DNA of 50,807 nt, counting the filler, from Trypethelium eluteriae (lineage: Eukaryota), in NCBI GenBank assembly GCA_051942245.1. It is 2 parts of 2 records of this genome, joined end to end, with 100 filler letters (N's around TTAATTAATTAA, not from the genome) between each part and the next. Parts side by side here need not be neighbours in the genome. Positions count along the whole stretch, not along the records: positions 25,503 to 50,807 come from JAVECL010000377.1; 1 more part is not named here. The stretch is one strand, 5' to 3'. The notes under the pieces were generated by a model. That model saw nothing but the letters and a program-made list of their open reading frames with translations. It was not told where the DNA came from and did not search any database. This document shows, in pieces, positions 49,489 to 50,807 of this stretch; the first letter of the stretch is position 1, and every line of letters starts with the position of its first letter. The position numbers were made by a program, and so were the translations under genes.

Positions 49489-50807
49489 TTAGTCGACGGT
49501 CAATGCATGTTTCTTGGCTCCGTACTCAATGTCCTTGGCCTCCGCAAGAAGCCGAGCAACATCACCACAGTGATTCTCACCGATTGCGAGATCAGATGTC
49601 GTCAGGCTTTCCGCTACAGAACTGATCACTTTCTCAGTGTCTCCTTTGCTGAGTTTGGCGATGCCGCTGAGGCGATAGTATGAAGCTATCAACGTTAATT
49701 TCGTGTCAGGCGCAAACATTTCTTGACACTCACCCGCAAGCTTCGGTAGGACATTGTAGGCTGGGACACCAAAACCACGTATCAAAAGCTTCCTGATGAG
49801 AAGGAAGATGACTGATGTTCGAAGCACAACTTGACGCTGGGCTTGGTCTAGTCCACGTTCCTAGCGGTATAAGCTGCAGGGCAAAAACGACTGTCAGGCG
49901 ATACTTACTCCAATATGGAGCTCTAGGGCGCCAGCGAACAAGAGGAGATACCATCCCCACTTAGTCCGCCCAGCTTTCCAAGCGGCAGTCCAAGCATCAT
50001 CGATTGGAAAGAAGTATGTAGAACGCAGAGGCAGGGCCGTTATATCCCGGAGGGGGGCTCGTAAGATACGAAGAAGCGATTCAGCCAATTTACCACAGTG
50101 TGCCCCCTTAAGCTCGGCACTCATATCCCTGACTTCGTCCTACAGTAGATGAAGTCCGTCCTACTCTGCTTCTGGAAATGGGTATGAAATTGCGGCAGAA
50201 ATGAAGACAATCGGATCGGGTGACAAGGAACATCATCTCACGCGGAGCCTTGCTGGCCAAAACTTCAGCTCCACATTATCTACCAAGCCCTTCCTACACT
50301 CATTGGGCGCCTCCCGATACGCCAGTCTCAAAGCCCGGCTAGTTCCGCGACAAGGATTTCGAAAGCTCGAGTTATTGGCTTGCTCTATGCAGATGAATGC
50401 GGCACGCCCATGATATCTACGAAGCTCTAGTCCCTGCTATCTTGCTCATCGCTCGATTGCTTTCAAAATGATGCATGAAGCATTGTGCGTTGTCCTTTGT
50501 CGGTCAAGCCAGACTTGCACAGGCTGTCTTGCTTCGCAAGCCTCATCATATAGCACCATAGAATGTCTGTTCCGTGTTCTCCAAAAAGCGTCGCTTTGTT
50601 ATTACGAACCCTTATTTCACTGAGGACTATGAAACATAACATCGTATTGCAGTCATACTTTTCGTAGCTGTTATGAGCCTATACCCCCTGGTACAAGCTC
50701 TGCTTGTAACAGGTACGTAGAAGGGTCTCAGGGTTTTTCACGTAGGAGCGGAGTGTCAAGGATCCAATGATGTAAGAAGGGTCACTAAGCTTTGAACAAC
50801 TTGGTAA
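49489..50807 (-). pseudogene. Unknown protein remnant; 5' end beyond the window
   Basis: ORFs 49894-50124 and 49489-49827 are in the same frame separated by TGA/TAG; protein-like reading with scattered stops continues to the window edge. Confidence 0.4.

Noticed and set aside
25503..50807. Calling a defined Starship or transposon feature
   Set aside because: No DUF3435 recombinase, transposase, reverse transcriptase, terminal repeats or target duplication could be recognised; kept as a hypothesis only.

Overview
Filamentous ascomycete (Pezizomycotina) genomic DNA made of two very different halves. They are joined by an artificial 100-nt N spacer carrying TTAATTAATTAA (25403-25502), so physical adjacency is unproven. 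The left half (1-25402) is a gene-dense block of intact, intron-containing core genes: DUF6594-like protein, type II NADH dehydrogenase, arginase, GH43 hydrolase, RED-like and C9orf78/Tls1-like splicing factors, proteasome beta5 and alpha4, a CorA/Mnr2 Mg transporter, a CHY zinc finger, an inositol 5-phosphatase, a GFA protein and the 3' end of MTHFR. The right half (25503-50807) is an accessory segment in which most genes are decayed by in-frame stops and substitutions consistent with C>T/G>A (RIP-like) change. Decayed genes: Q-rich RING protein, cupredoxin, Est1/SMG6-like protein, an O-methyltransferase + PTH11-like + P450 mini-cluster, a secreted N-terminal-His protein, a MADS-like protein and an FAD oxidase. 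Within it a small core is still intact: a stand-alone chromodomain gene, two paralogous spliced double-zinc-finger (RING) genes with SIM-like acidic N-termini and conserved promoters, and a PhyH-fold protein lacking obvious Fe ligands. This looks like cargo of a large mobile or duplicated element (Starship-like), but no captain recombinase or element end is visible. Family names are from motif recognition, not database searches.
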